The notes under the pieces were generated by a model. That model searched no databases. It had not been told where the DNA came from and saw only the letters and a list, made by a program, of their open reading frames with translations. DNA of 64,000 nt, taken from assembly GCA_963678775.2 (NCBI GenBank), contig CAXXGR010000003.1, forward strand, positions 554 to 64,553, written 5' to 3'. A program made the translations under genes and the position numbers. Below, piece by piece: positions 41,294 through 51,231 of this stretch. Source of the DNA: Candidatus Kapaibacterium sp. (GTDB taxonomy: Bacteria > Bacteroidota > Ignavibacteria > Kapaibacteriales > UBA2268). Every line of letters begins with the position of its first letter. Within the stretch, counting starts at the first letter, position 1.

Positions 41294-41566
41294 ATGCCTA
41301 AAACCAACAACATAGAAAAACTTTGCAGGCTCTCAGGTCTTAATCCGGAGTTAGAAAATATAGAGCAATTGGAACATGATTTAGAGAGAAATATTGAAAT
41401 TGTATCTGCTCTGAGAAATGTAAAAATTAGGCAAGATATTACTATGCAAGTTGCACAAGACTGCTCAGTGGAAGATATTCCGGATAAGTTCGGTAATCCG
41501 GAAAGACTTAGAGCTCACTTCCCGGAAAGAGAGGGAAATGAGCTTAAAGTAAAAAAAGTGCTTTGA
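41294..41566 (+). CDS. gatC: Probable Asp/Glu-tRNA amidotransferase subunit C
   Basis: 90 aa. The pattern IEKLCRLSGLNPELENIEQLEHDLERNIEIVSALRNV ... FPEREGNELKVKKVL parallels the GatC layout (helical N-terminus, C-terminal x-VP-x-like tail). The match is from memory only. Confidence 0.5.
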   Translation: MPKTNNIEKLCRLSGLNPELENIEQLEHDLERNIEIVSALRNVKIRQDITMQVAQDCSVEDIPDKFGNPERLRAHFPEREGNELKVKKVL

Positions 41567-41581
41567 TATTCATCTATAATT

Positions 41582-42346
41582 CTATTTAATTAGCCAGCTT
41601 ACACCACAAGAATAGAAATTGTATCTTTCTGTGATACATGTACCGAAAGAAACGTCAAGCTGTACAGTTTCAGAAAGTTTATAAGTAAGACCATTATCAT
41701 AATAAAGTACAACCTCTTCAATACTGTTAATCTCAGAATACAATTCCACGAAAGCTCCGACCTTATCATTGATCTCGAAACCTGATGCAACCGAGGCAAA
41801 TGCATACTCCACCTCAGCACCATCCGGATCAAGTCCATCAACGAATATACCTAGGTTATACCCCATTGACCAACCATCAGTTACATCATGAGAAGCCGCT
41901 ATTATTGCATATGGATTTGGACTGCTTGTTTCTCCGCCGAGATTTGCATTATTGAGTTCGCAGCCAGCTAAAAAACCTAATCCAAAACCACCATCAAGTA
42001 TATTTAATTTTACAGATACATCATAAGCGGAAAAATGACTCATTTCTATTTTTTCAGGAATAGCGTCAAAAGAATTAGTAATATAGGAAGTCCCTAATCT
42101 TAGTTCCATAAAGCTAAAAACACCTACCCTAAACAATGTGGAGGGAAGAGACATTACTTTAGCATTCATATCTATTTTGTCAATATTTATTGTATACATT
42201 TCCAACATTGCACCGGTTTCGATTTGTACCGTACCGGGTTTGACGGTATTAGGAGACTCTGTCATATCCGGTCTGTCAGTAATCATATCCTGAGAGTAAA
42301 GTGAAGTAGAGAGAAGTAACATAAGTAATAGATGTTTGAATTTCAT
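41582..42346 (-). CDS. Outer-membrane transporter-like beta-barrel (MetA-pathway/phenol-degradation-like family)
   Basis: Signal peptide MKFKHLLLMLLLSTSLYSQ is followed by DRPDMTESPNTVKPGTVQIETG, characteristic of that family. Confidence 0.6.
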   Translation of the reverse strand: MKFKHLLLMLLLSTSLYSQDMITDRPDMTESPNTVKPGTVQIETGAMLEMYTINIDKIDMNAKVMSLPSTLFRVGVFSFMELRLGTSYITNSFDAIPEKIEMSHFSAYDVSVKLNILDGGFGLGFLAGCELNNANLGGETSSPNPYAIIAASHDVTDGWSMGYNLGIFVDGLDPDGAEVEYAFASVASGFEINDKVGAFVELYSEINSIEEVVLYYDNGLTYKLSETVQLDVSFGTCITERYNFYSCGVSWLIK

Positions 42347-42584
42347 ATGACAGCCTGATGTGATGTAAAAAATATCACACAATATAGCACATATGAATTA
42401 TTAAAGCAACAAATATATTCTTTGTGGAATCTATAAGAAACATTATATATTGTAGTTTTTTTATAGTAAATATATTTTTAGCAGAAACTTGCTGTAAGTC
42501 AAGATCACTAATAATTATAGCTGATAGGATATCTTTAGAAATTAGAAACTATTTTTCAGCTATAGATATAAAACCTCCTCCTCC

Positions 42585-43313
42585 CTATTTTCCTACTGCT
42601 CTTCTTCCAAGAGCTGCCACATCTACCAATCTGGCTTTATTATTTAGCAGTATCACAGCACATTCGTTTAGTGTGGAACCTGTGGTAAGTACATCATCGA
42701 CTATAAGTATTTTCTTGCCCACTATGTCGTATTTACCGGAAAAGTGGAGCGCCTGACTAATATTTTGTCTTCGTTCAGTGGCGTTGAGTTTAGTTTGGGT
42801 GCTTGTATTTATCTTGCGTGTGAGCAGGTCAGGCACATAATTAGAATCGAGTTCCGTAGCTACACTTTTGGCGATTAAGTCAGATTGATTGTAACCTCTT
42901 TCACGGCGGCGTGCATTATGAATTGGCACAGGGATTACGTAGTCAAATTCATGCTTTGCTTCTAAACTTACCTTACGGGCAAGCATATTTCCCAGCTCCT
43001 CCCCTACCAAATACAATCCAAAATACTTAAGATGATAAATCAGATTGGAATATTGAGAATCATCTCCCAATAAAAAAAGAGAATATGCATTGCTGATTGC
43101 AATTTCTTCTGCTTTCAGATTTTCTATAAGACTATTTGTGAGATACTCTGCTACCGGAGCATAAGGCAGTGCATCTAAGCATTTAGAGCATATATACTTG
43201 TAACGAGAGACTTCATTTATAAATGCATCACACACAAGACAGTACCTCGGAGCAATAAGGCTTTCCGTTCCATCAATAATTGGCTGCAATATTTGCCTAA
43301 GCTTTTGCATCAT
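42585..43313 (-). CDS. ComF-family phosphoribosyltransferase-like protein
   Basis: N-terminal Cys4 finger (CLVCDAF...CSKCLD) and PRPP loop ILIVDDVLTTGSTL. Confidence 0.85.
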   Translation of the reverse strand: MMQKLRQILQPIIDGTESLIAPRYCLVCDAFINEVSRYKYICSKCLDALPYAPVAEYLTNSLIENLKAEEIAISNAYSLFLLGDDSQYSNLIYHLKYFGLYLVGEELGNMLARKVSLEAKHEFDYVIPVPIHNARRRERGYNQSDLIAKSVATELDSNYVPDLLTRKINTSTQTKLNATERRQNISQALHFSGKYDIVGKKILIVDDVLTTGSTLNECAVILLNNKARLVDVAALGRRAVGK

Positions 43314-43761
43314 AAAGAGCTAAGCTCTCTAAAGAGTATTTATTTGTCTTAGTATAATACAAAAATGCAGAAAGTAAGAATGTAGCTGTGTTTTCTAATA
43401 TTTTAGTCCAACCTACTTTCTGAGCTCCAATATTTGAATAGCAACCGCAGTTAATATCCAAGCCTCTTACCATAGCAGTCAACACCAGTACATTAAACAC
43501 TACCATAAGCACACTTACCAGAAAAGCATTAGCTTTGACTCTAATGCCTGATATCAGCAGGAAGCCTATTAATAACTCTAACCATGCCATAGTTAGTGCT
43601 ATTATATTTAGTGAAAACTCTGGGAAAAGCAGATAGTTACCTATTTCGTTCGCAAAGGAACCTGGAGCAGCCACTTTACCTACAGAAACCGCAATAAATA
43701 AAAAACCAAGAGCAAATCTTACGACAAACTGCACTATATCATTTTCAAGAATTTTTTTCAT
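43297..43761 (-). CDS. DoxX/MauE-family membrane protein
   Basis: 154 aa with four TM helices and a CGCY motif, as in MauE/DoxX-like proteins. Confidence 0.6.
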   Translation of the reverse strand: MKKILENDIVQFVVRFALGFLFIAVSVGKVAAPGSFANEIGNYLLFPEFSLNIIALTMAWLELLIGFLLISGIRVKANAFLVSVLMVVFNVLVLTAMVRGLDINCGCYSNIGAQKVGWTKILENTATFLLSAFLYYTKTNKYSLESLALYDAKA

Positions 43762-43860
43762 TTTAATACCTTTTATCAGTAATGCTTTTGAGAATAGAGT
43801 TATTTACTTATATTTACAAAGTAAATTAAAAATCTTTGTAAATAAAAATATAAAATCAAT

Positions 43861-45219
43861 ATGCCACTAATCAGATCGATTTCCGGTTTGAGAGCTACAA
43901 TTGGTGACTCTCTTCTTCCCAATATAATAATAGATTACGTCAATGCATTCGCAAAAGTTATGCCCGAAGGAGAAATAGTTGTTGGCAGAGACGGACGACC
44001 TTCCGGCTTTTGGATTGAAAATATTGTTGCCGGCACGTTGGCTGCCGCAGGAAGAAAGGTAAGGATGATAGGGATGGTGCCCACTCCTACCGTGCAGCTT
44101 GAAGTAGAGAAAAGCTCTGCGGCAGGTGGCATTGCTATCACGGCTTCTCACAACCCTGACCAGTGGAACGGGTTGAAATTTTTAAACACTGACGGCGTAT
44201 TTTTAGATGCAGAAGAAAATAAAATACTTTGGGACGCTATCGATAATAAAGACTTTAGTTATTCTTATAATGTCACAAGCAACTTGATAGAAATAGATGA
44301 AGAAGCAAATAGCAGGCATATCAATGCTATTTTGGAAAACTCTTTACTTAGAGAAAAAGAACTGGTAGAATCTATCCGATCAAAAAATTACAAAGTGGTG
44401 GTAGATGCAGTTAATGCTTCGGGTTCTATAATTGTTCCACAGCTATTAAGTAACCTATTCTGCGAAGTGGTAGAGCTTTTCACAGACGGCAGCGGAGTCT
44501 TCCCTCACACACCTGAGCCACTTCCGGCGAATCTGCAGGAGCTTGCAGATTCAGTACCAGAATACGAAGCTGATTTGGGAATAGCTGTTGACCCCGACGC
44601 GGACAGATTAGTCCTTATAGATGAAAATGGCAAAGCTATCGGCGAAGAAAAAACTATTGCCCTTGCTACTTATGCAGTGCTTATGGCTTTAGATAAAAAG
44701 AATCAGACTGTGGTGGTTAATCACTCTACTTCTATGTTTACAGACTTTGTTGCAAAAAAATATAGAGCGAAAGTAGTGCGAAGTGCAGTAGGAGAAATAA
44801 ACGTAGTCAAAAAAATGAAAGAGACAGGTGCTGTTATAGGTGGCGAAGGTAGCGGCGGTGTTATTCTTCCGTCTGCACACTACGGCAGAGATTCGCTTGT
44901 AGGAATAGCTTTAGTACTTTCTCTGATGGCAGAAACAGGCAAAAGTTTAAGCGAACTGGCAGGTGAATTCCCTGACTATAAAATGCTAAAATTCAAAAAA
45001 GAATTTACCGGAAACATTAATGATATACTACCTAAGGTCGAACAACTATTCAATGGTGCAGAGATTATCAAAGAAGACGGCATGAAAATAGTTCTCGATA
45101 ATGCTTGGGTGCAGGTAAGAGCTTCAAACACTGAGCCTATCATCAGAGTAATTAGCGAAGCCGAAAATATGGATTATGCAAAAGAATTAGCTGAAAAAGT
45201 ATTAAATATCATTGAATAA
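43861..45219 (+). CDS. glmM: Phosphohexomutase family, probable phosphoglucosamine mutase
   Basis: Active-site TASHNP, metal loop DPDADR and sugar loop GGEGSGG. Confidence 0.75.
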   Translation: MPLIRSISGLRATIGDSLLPNIIIDYVNAFAKVMPEGEIVVGRDGRPSGFWIENIVAGTLAAAGRKVRMIGMVPTPTVQLEVEKSSAAGGIAITASHNPDQWNGLKFLNTDGVFLDAEENKILWDAIDNKDFSYSYNVTSNLIEIDEEANSRHINAILENSLLREKELVESIRSKNYKVVVDAVNASGSIIVPQLLSNLFCEVVELFTDGSGVFPHTPEPLPANLQELADSVPEYEADLGIAVDPDADRLVLIDENGKAIGEEKTIALATYAVLMALDKKNQTVVVNHSTSMFTDFVAKKYRAKVVRSAVGEINVVKKMKETGAVIGGEGSGGVILPSAHYGRDSLVGIALVLSLMAETGKSLSELAGEFPDYKMLKFKKEFTGNINDILPKVEQLFNGAEIIKEDGMKIVLDNAWVQVRASNTEPIIRVISEAENMDYAKELAEKVLNIIE

Positions 45220-45240
45220 ATACATAAATTATTCGTCCGA

Positions 45241-45283
45241 AGTCCCATAACGTCATATTTATCCAAGTTATGGGACTTTTTTT
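45241..45283 (+). terminator. glmM terminator
   Basis: AGTCCCATAA / TTATGGGACT 10-bp stem followed by seven T. Confidence 0.8.
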
Positions 45284-47728
45284 ATGGATGCGGATAAACC
45301 GGAAAATCTTAACAAGCAGACTGAAGAAGAATTGATCTGTGCTCACTGTGGCGAAATATGCCCGGATGATACAGTCGAAAAAAACGGACAATACTTCTGT
45401 TGTACCGGTTGCCTTTTTGTCTTTGACTTGCTGCACGACAATGGTATGCAGGACTTTTATGACATCTCGAAAGAGCAAGGGATAACTCCTAAAGTAGTCG
45501 GCAAAAACGAGTTTGAGTTTTTAGACGATGCTGAAATAATAGAAAAGTTACTGAAATATTCAATCAATGGCAATGGTAAAATCATACTCTACGTACCTGA
45601 AGTATATTGCAGTGCATGCATTTGGATATTAGAAAATCTGTTCCGATTGGATAAAGGCATTATAGAATCTAAAGTAAACTTCTTAAAGAAAGAGATATCT
45701 ATAGTATTTTCTCAGGAAGTTACTTCTATCCGTAAAATAGTTGAGCTGCTTACTTCTATCGGCTACCGGCCACAGCTTAACTTAGCGGACATGGACGCAC
45801 CTAAGCAAAAAAACCACAATAAATCTCTTTTTATCAAACTGGCAGTGGCAGGTTTCTGTTTTGGAAATATAATGCTTCTCTCGTTTCCTGAATACTTCTC
45901 GGGTGGAGATTTTGAGCTTAACATCAAGAGTTTTATAGGTTGGCTAAATATTGCCTTGGCAATACCTGTTTTATATGCCGCTACAGACTATTTTAAATCA
46001 GCATATAATAGCCTCAAACTTAGAAATCTAAATATAGATGTACCCATTAGCTTGGGTATTTTAGTTCTTTTTATTAGATCTTTATTAGAAGTAGTTACAA
46101 ACACCGGTTCCGGCTTCTTTGATTCAATGAGCGGGCTGGTTTTCTTTTTGCTTATAGGTAAAGTATTTCAGCAAAAAACTTATCATACTTTATCATTTAA
46201 TAGAAACTTTAAGTCATACTTTCCGCTCTCAGTTGTGCGAGTCAATGCTGACAGAGAAGAGCATATTCCTGTTAATAATGTCGTCTCAGGTGATTTGCTG
46301 CTTATAAGAAACAACGAGATTGTACCAGCAGACAGTGTGCTGATAGATGGTGAAGCAATGATAGACTATAGTTTTGTTACAGGAGAATCTTCACCAGTAA
46401 GAATTTCAGCAGGAGAAAAAATCTATGCCGGTGGTAAGCAGAAAGGTGCAGCTATCAAAGTAGCAGTAACTAAAGAGTTTAAACAAAGCTACCTGACTGA
46501 GCTTTGGAATAACAAAATATTGAAACAAGATAATGATAGATATATATCATCTATTTCTGACTGGGCAGGAAAATACTTTACTTTACTGATTGTAATCATC
46601 GCAAGTGTTGGATTTGTAGCCTGGTTACCATTCAGCGTAGCTCATGCTTTGGATGTGCTTACAGCTGTTTTGATTATAGCTTGCCCATGCGCTTTGGCTC
46701 TTACTATCCCTTTCACTTATGGTACTATAATGCGAGTATTTGGCAAGCACGGCTTCTTTCTTAAAAATGATAAAATCGTTGAGAAGTTGGCTTACGGTAA
46801 CCATCTTGTATTAGACAAAACCGGAACACTTACTAAATTGGAAGGTGGAGACATTGCCTTTTATGGCGATACGCTTTCAGAATCAGACTTGATACTAACA
46901 AAAGCAGCTACAAAAAGTTCCACTCATCCTCTCTCTCGTATGATTAATATGAAGCTAAAGGATATTGATAACATTGAAATGCAAAATTACGAAGAAATAC
47001 CGGGATTAGGAATTGAAGCTGAGCATGACGGAAATACTATCAAAATAGGCAAACTATCATGGCTTCTAAAAACAGCAAGCAACAGAAAGGAATTTAACTA
47101 TAAACATAGCGACATCTCTAACGAAACTCAGGTTTATATATCAATAAACAGCAGAGTAGCAGGTTATTTTGCAGTAGTGCCTCAGTATAGAGCAGGCATT
47201 TCTAAATCACTTGCTAATCTATCCAACAAATTAGATATTAGCGTAGTTTCCGGCGATAACGACAAAGACAAACGCCGATTAGAAGATATATTACCATCTA
47301 ACTCAGAGATGCTATTTAGCTACATGCCGGATGATAAGTACAACTACATCGACTCACTCAAACAGAAGAATCAAAAAGTAATAATGATAGGAGATGGACT
47401 TAATGATGCCGGAGCACTCAAAATAGCAGATTTAGGAATAGCCGTTACTGAAAATACTTCATCATTTACGCCCGAGTCTGATGCTATTTTAAATGCAGAC
47501 AATCTGGAAAAGCTAGATAGGTTTTTTGAATTATCACGAAAAAGTATCAACACAGTCTATCTAAGTTATGGTATTTCAATACTATATAACATCGTAGGAT
47601 TGTCTTTTGCATTATCTGCAAACTTAAGTCCCGTAGTAGCAGCCATACTAATGCCGGTAAGTTCCGTTTCAGTGGTAGCTTTTACAGTAGGTAAGAGTAT
47701 TTATGATTCAAAAAGATTAAAATTATAA
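45284..47728 (+). CDS. ccoI: Heavy-metal (copper) P1B-type ATPase, CcoI/FixI-like
   Basis: CPC membrane motif, DKTGTLT phosphorylation site, GDGLNDAGAL and an N-terminal Cys-rich finger. It sits directly upstream of ccoS-ccoNOQP. Confidence 0.8.
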   Translation: MDADKPENLNKQTEEELICAHCGEICPDDTVEKNGQYFCCTGCLFVFDLLHDNGMQDFYDISKEQGITPKVVGKNEFEFLDDAEIIEKLLKYSINGNGKIILYVPEVYCSACIWILENLFRLDKGIIESKVNFLKKEISIVFSQEVTSIRKIVELLTSIGYRPQLNLADMDAPKQKNHNKSLFIKLAVAGFCFGNIMLLSFPEYFSGGDFELNIKSFIGWLNIALAIPVLYAATDYFKSAYNSLKLRNLNIDVPISLGILVLFIRSLLEVVTNTGSGFFDSMSGLVFFLLIGKVFQQKTYHTLSFNRNFKSYFPLSVVRVNADREEHIPVNNVVSGDLLLIRNNEIVPADSVLIDGEAMIDYSFVTGESSPVRISAGEKIYAGGKQKGAAIKVAVTKEFKQSYLTELWNNKILKQDNDRYISSISDWAGKYFTLLIVIIASVGFVAWLPFSVAHALDVLTAVLIIACPCALALTIPFTYGTIMRVFGKHGFFLKNDKIVEKLAYGNHLVLDKTGTLTKLEGGDIAFYGDTLSESDLILTKAATKSSTHPLSRMINMKLKDIDNIEMQNYEEIPGLGIEAEHDGNTIKIGKLSWLLKTASNRKEFNYKHSDISNETQVYISINSRVAGYFAVVPQYRAGISKSLANLSNKLDISVVSGDNDKDKRRLEDILPSNSEMLFSYMPDDKYNYIDSLKQKNQKVIMIGDGLNDAGALKIADLGIAVTENTSSFTPESDAILNADNLEKLDRFFELSRKSINTVYLSYGISILYNIVGLSFALSANLSPVVAAILMPVSSVSVVAFTVGKSIYDSKRLKL

Positions 47729-47948
47729 TTTATTAAGATTATATTTTCTTAACAAGAAAAATTGCTTTTTGTAGTCTATTAAAAAATTGAAGTAAGATGT
47801 TTTCATTTGAACTTTCTAAGTGCAAAAATTTTTTTCCATATCCACAATATTTTGCATACATTTGACATTTACTATAATTTTAGAAAAATGTTTTGTTTTT
47901 ATTCTACATTATTAAATATTTATTGATTAGCATGAGTTAAATGCAAAT

Positions 47949-48098
47949 ATGTCTGTAATAATAGTGCTAATATTAGTAAGTATCGGCATTGCCGTAGCGT
48001 TTCTGGCTGCATTTATATGGGCCTCCAGATCGGGGCAGTTTGAAGATACTTTCACTCCTTCGCTGAGGATACTCAATGAAGAAAGAGATGAGAAGTAG
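47949..48098 (+). CDS. ccoS: cbb3 oxidase maturation protein CcoS/FixS (49 aa; below the ORF-track cutoff)
   Basis: Hand translation gives MSVIIVLILVSIGIAVAFLAAFIWASRSGQFEDTFTPSLRILNEERDEK*. It has a single TM helix plus the W-x-x-x-SGQF-D(D/T) motif typical of CcoS. Confidence 0.8.
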   Translation: MSVIIVLILVSIGIAVAFLAAFIWASRSGQFEDTFTPSLRILNEERDEK

Positions 48099-48130
48099 AT
48101 ACATATTAAATATATATTTAGGGTTGTTTT

Positions 48131-50278
48131 ATGAGTGAAAATGTTACTCAAGCACATAACTTGGAAACGTTTTACTACGACAATAAGATAGTCAAAGCCT
48201 TTGGATGGGCTACTATCTTATGGGGTGCTGTAGGGATGCTTGTAGGGCTAATAATAGCATTTCAGCTATATGTTCCTGCTTATTTCCCATCGCTCGATTT
48301 GGGTATCGAGTATATAACGTTTAGCCGTTTACGTCCTTTGCATACTAATGCAGTTATTTTTGCCTTTGTTGGTAACTGTATCTTTATGGGCGTATATTAC
48401 TCGCTTCAAAGGCTGTCGAAAACGCGAATGTATAACGATTTTATGAGCTGGTTTCACTTCTGGGGCTGGCAAGGTATTATCGTGTCTGCAGCGATTACAT
48501 TACCACTTGGTATTACTCAATCTAAAGAGTATGCCGAGTTAGAATGGCCTATCGACTTAGCAATAGCTATTGTTTGGGTTGTTTTTGGTATTAATATGAT
48601 GATGACGCTGATTAAGCGCCGCGAAAGGCACATGTACGTTGCTATATGGTTTTATATAGCTTCCTGGATTACAGTTACTGTGCTCCACGTGTTTAACTCG
48701 ATAGAGTTGCCTTATGATTGGTTCAGATCCTACCCGGCTTATGCAGGTGTGCAGGATGCGTTAGTGCAGTGGTGGTATGGTCATAATGCGGTGGCATTTT
48801 TCCTGACGACTCCTTATCTTGGGCTGATGTACTACTATCTGCCTAAGGCTGCCGAAAGGCCGGTTTACTCTTACAAACTTTCGATAATTCACTTTTGGTC
48901 ATTGATATTTTTATATATCTGGGCGGGACCTCACCACCTTCTATACTCTTCTCTGCCTGACTGGGCTCAGTCGCTAGGAACAGTATTTTCCATAATGCTG
49001 ATAGCTCCTTCATGGGGCGGTATGCTTAATGGACTTCTGACGCTAAGAGGCGCATGGGACAAAGTAAGAGAGGATCCTATTCTGAAATTTATGGTAGTGG
49101 CAATCACAGCTTATGGTATGGCTACGTTTGAAGGACCAATGTTATCTATCAAGTCCATAAATGCACTCTCCCACTTTACTGACTGGACTATTTCTCACGT
49201 TCACGTTGGTGCTTTGGGCTGGAATGGATTTTTGACATTTGGTATCCTCTATTGGCTAATACCTAAACTATATAAAACAGATTTATGGTCTAAAAAGTTG
49301 GCAAATGCCCACTTCTGGATTGGCTTTATGGGTATTATCCTTTATGCTGCTCCGCTATACTGGGCAGGCGTTACTCAAGGTCTGATGTGGAAACAGTTCA
49401 CAGCAGACGGTATGCTTCAGTATCCAAATTTCTTGGAAACAGTGTTGCAACTCGTACCAATGTATGTGATGCGCTCTCTTGGAGGTGCTCTTTATCTGTC
49501 TGGTATGATACTTTTAGTAGTAAATATTTATAAAACTGTCAAATCCGGTACTTTCGAAGCCAATACAGAAGCAAAAGCAGCTCCTTTGGCAGCAGAGTAT
49601 AAAAGCAAAAGCGGACTTAAACACAGATGGTTGGAAAGAAAACCTATGCCAATGTTTATAGCTACTTTTGTAGTTATTTTTATCGGTGGTGCTTTTGAAA
49701 TAGTACCTATGTATCTGATAGAAAAAAATGTACCAACTATAACAAGTGTCAAGCCATATACTCCTTTAGAGTTACAGGGTAGAGACATTTATGTCAGCGA
49801 AGGCTGTTACACTTGCCACTCTCAAATGGTGCGTCCATTCCGCTCAGAAGTGGAACGCTACGGTGAGTACTCAAAAGCAGGTGAATTTATTTACGACAGG
49901 CCTTTCCAATGGGGCTCTAAACGTACAGGGCCGGACTTGCACAGAGTTGGTGGTAAATATCCTAATTCATGGCACTACTATCACATGATAGAGCCGTCTA
50001 AGATGTCTCCGGGCTCTCTGATGCCACGTTACCCTTGGCTTGCTGAAAAGGATTTGGATTTGGATGTAACGAGCTCAAAAATCAGTGCTATGATAGCTCT
50101 GGGTGTTCCATATCCTAAAGACTATGATAAAATTGCAAATGAAGATTTATTGAAACAAGCTCAGCAGATAGTTGATGATTTGAAACTTGCAAACATAGAT
50201 ATTGAAAAGAACAAGCAGTTAGTTGCTCTTATAGCATACTTGCAACGATTAGGTACAGATATCAAGGTGAAGGAGTAA
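48131..50278 (+). CDS. ccoNO: cbb3-type cytochrome c oxidase, fused subunits I and II (CcoNO)
   Basis: The heme-copper oxidase core (12+ TM, HVHVGALGW) is fused to a CcoO-like C-terminus with heme-c site CYTCHSQMVRP. Confidence 0.95.
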   Translation: MSENVTQAHNLETFYYDNKIVKAFGWATILWGAVGMLVGLIIAFQLYVPAYFPSLDLGIEYITFSRLRPLHTNAVIFAFVGNCIFMGVYYSLQRLSKTRMYNDFMSWFHFWGWQGIIVSAAITLPLGITQSKEYAELEWPIDLAIAIVWVVFGINMMMTLIKRRERHMYVAIWFYIASWITVTVLHVFNSIELPYDWFRSYPAYAGVQDALVQWWYGHNAVAFFLTTPYLGLMYYYLPKAAERPVYSYKLSIIHFWSLIFLYIWAGPHHLLYSSLPDWAQSLGTVFSIMLIAPSWGGMLNGLLTLRGAWDKVREDPILKFMVVAITAYGMATFEGPMLSIKSINALSHFTDWTISHVHVGALGWNGFLTFGILYWLIPKLYKTDLWSKKLANAHFWIGFMGIILYAAPLYWAGVTQGLMWKQFTADGMLQYPNFLETVLQLVPMYVMRSLGGALYLSGMILLVVNIYKTVKSGTFEANTEAKAAPLAAEYKSKSGLKHRWLERKPMPMFIATFVVIFIGGAFEIVPMYLIEKNVPTITSVKPYTPLELQGRDIYVSEGCYTCHSQMVRPFRSEVERYGEYSKAGEFIYDRPFQWGSKRTGPDLHRVGGKYPNSWHYYHMIEPSKMSPGSLMPRYPWLAEKDLDLDVTSSKISAMIALGVPYPKDYDKIANEDLLKQAQQIVDDLKLANIDIEKNKQLVALIAYLQRLGTDIKVKE

Positions 50279-50281
50279 GCT

Positions 50282-50482
50282 ATGTTTAAACATATTATGG
50301 ATAATATACAGTATATACATTTGTTCCCGATTTTTGCATTAGTTATTTTTTTCGCCTTCTTTGTAGGATTATCCTGGGTAGTGTGGAAATTGGACAAAAA
50401 TTATATTAAAGAGGTGTCTAACATACCATTGGACAATTCTGAATACCCCGTATTAACTAGTAACGGAGAACATAATGGCTAA
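50282..50482 (+). CDS. ccoQ: CcoQ/FixQ-like small subunit
   Basis: 66 aa with a single TM helix. It lies between ccoNO and ccoP and overlaps ccoP by 8 nt. Confidence 0.6.
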   Translation: MFKHIMDNIQYIHLFPIFALVIFFAFFVGLSWVVWKLDKNYIKEVSNIPLDNSEYPVLTSNGEHNG

Positions 50483-51050
50483 AGAACCTGAAGATAAACT
50501 GTTAGATCATAATTATGATGGTATTTTAGAATATGACAATCCATTGCCACCTTGGTGGGTAGCTCTTTTTATAATTTGTGTAATCTGGGCAGCCGGTTAT
50601 CTGATGTATTATCATGTAGCAGGCATTGGACCATCACAAAGTGAAGAGTTTGCGATGGAATATCAAGAATACGAACAAAAGCAGGCAGAACTAATGGCTG
50701 CTAACGCAGGCAAAGGACCTGAATTTGATGAAAATATGGTAGCTTTAGATGATGAACAAAGTCTCGCTGCCGGTAATAAAATTTTTATAGAGAAATGTGC
50801 TGCTTGCCACGGTCAAAGTGGTGAAGGCATGGTAGGTCCAAACTTTGCAGATGACTATTGGATTCATGGCAACCGAATGGTGGATGTAGTAAAGGTGATT
50901 CATCAGGGTGTACCTTCAAAAGGTATGATTTCTTGGAAAGCTTTGCTATCAAAAGACGAAATAGAGCAGGTGGCGAGTTATATTTTAACTTTGCACGGCA
51001 CAAATCCTGCTAATCCAAAAGCGCCTCAGGGTGACAAATACGACTACTAA
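50475..51050 (+). CDS. ccoP: cbb3 oxidase subunit III (CcoP), mono-heme form
   Basis: FixP N-terminal motif HNYDGILEYDNPLPPWW, one TM helix and a single CAACHG heme-c site. Confidence 0.85.
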   Translation: MAKEPEDKLLDHNYDGILEYDNPLPPWWVALFIICVIWAAGYLMYYHVAGIGPSQSEEFAMEYQEYEQKQAELMAANAGKGPEFDENMVALDDEQSLAAGNKIFIEKCAACHGQSGEGMVGPNFADDYWIHGNRMVDVVKVIHQGVPSKGMISWKALLSKDEIEQVASYILTLHGTNPANPKAPQGDKYDY

Positions 51051-51077
51051 AATTTGGATTGGAAGATATAGTAAAAT

Positions 51078-51113
51078 TCCCGATAGTCAGCGATGGCTAT
51101 CGGGAGTTTTTTT
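51078..51113 (+). terminator. cco operon terminator
   Basis: TCCCGATAG / CTATCGGGA stem followed by seven T. Confidence 0.8.
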
Positions 51114-51231
51114 ATAATAAAGACTTAAAGCAAAATCCTAATACAAACCTCAGTGCTTTTAACAGTAGATGCCGAACTATTAAAATGGGATTGTATCTGG
51201 CTTTATAGTTCTTGACCGGCATAATATTCAG

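Noticed and set aside
47862-47878. TTGACA ... TATAAT resembling a sigma-70 promoter upstream of ccoS.
   Set aside because: The two hexamers are only 5 nt apart, incompatible with the ~17-nt spacing. FCB-group promoters also use different consensus elements.
47927-48157. 76-aa minus-strand ORF spanning the ccoS region.
   Set aside because: The plus-strand 49-codon reading gives a textbook CcoS sequence in the expected operon position. The antisense ORF has no support.
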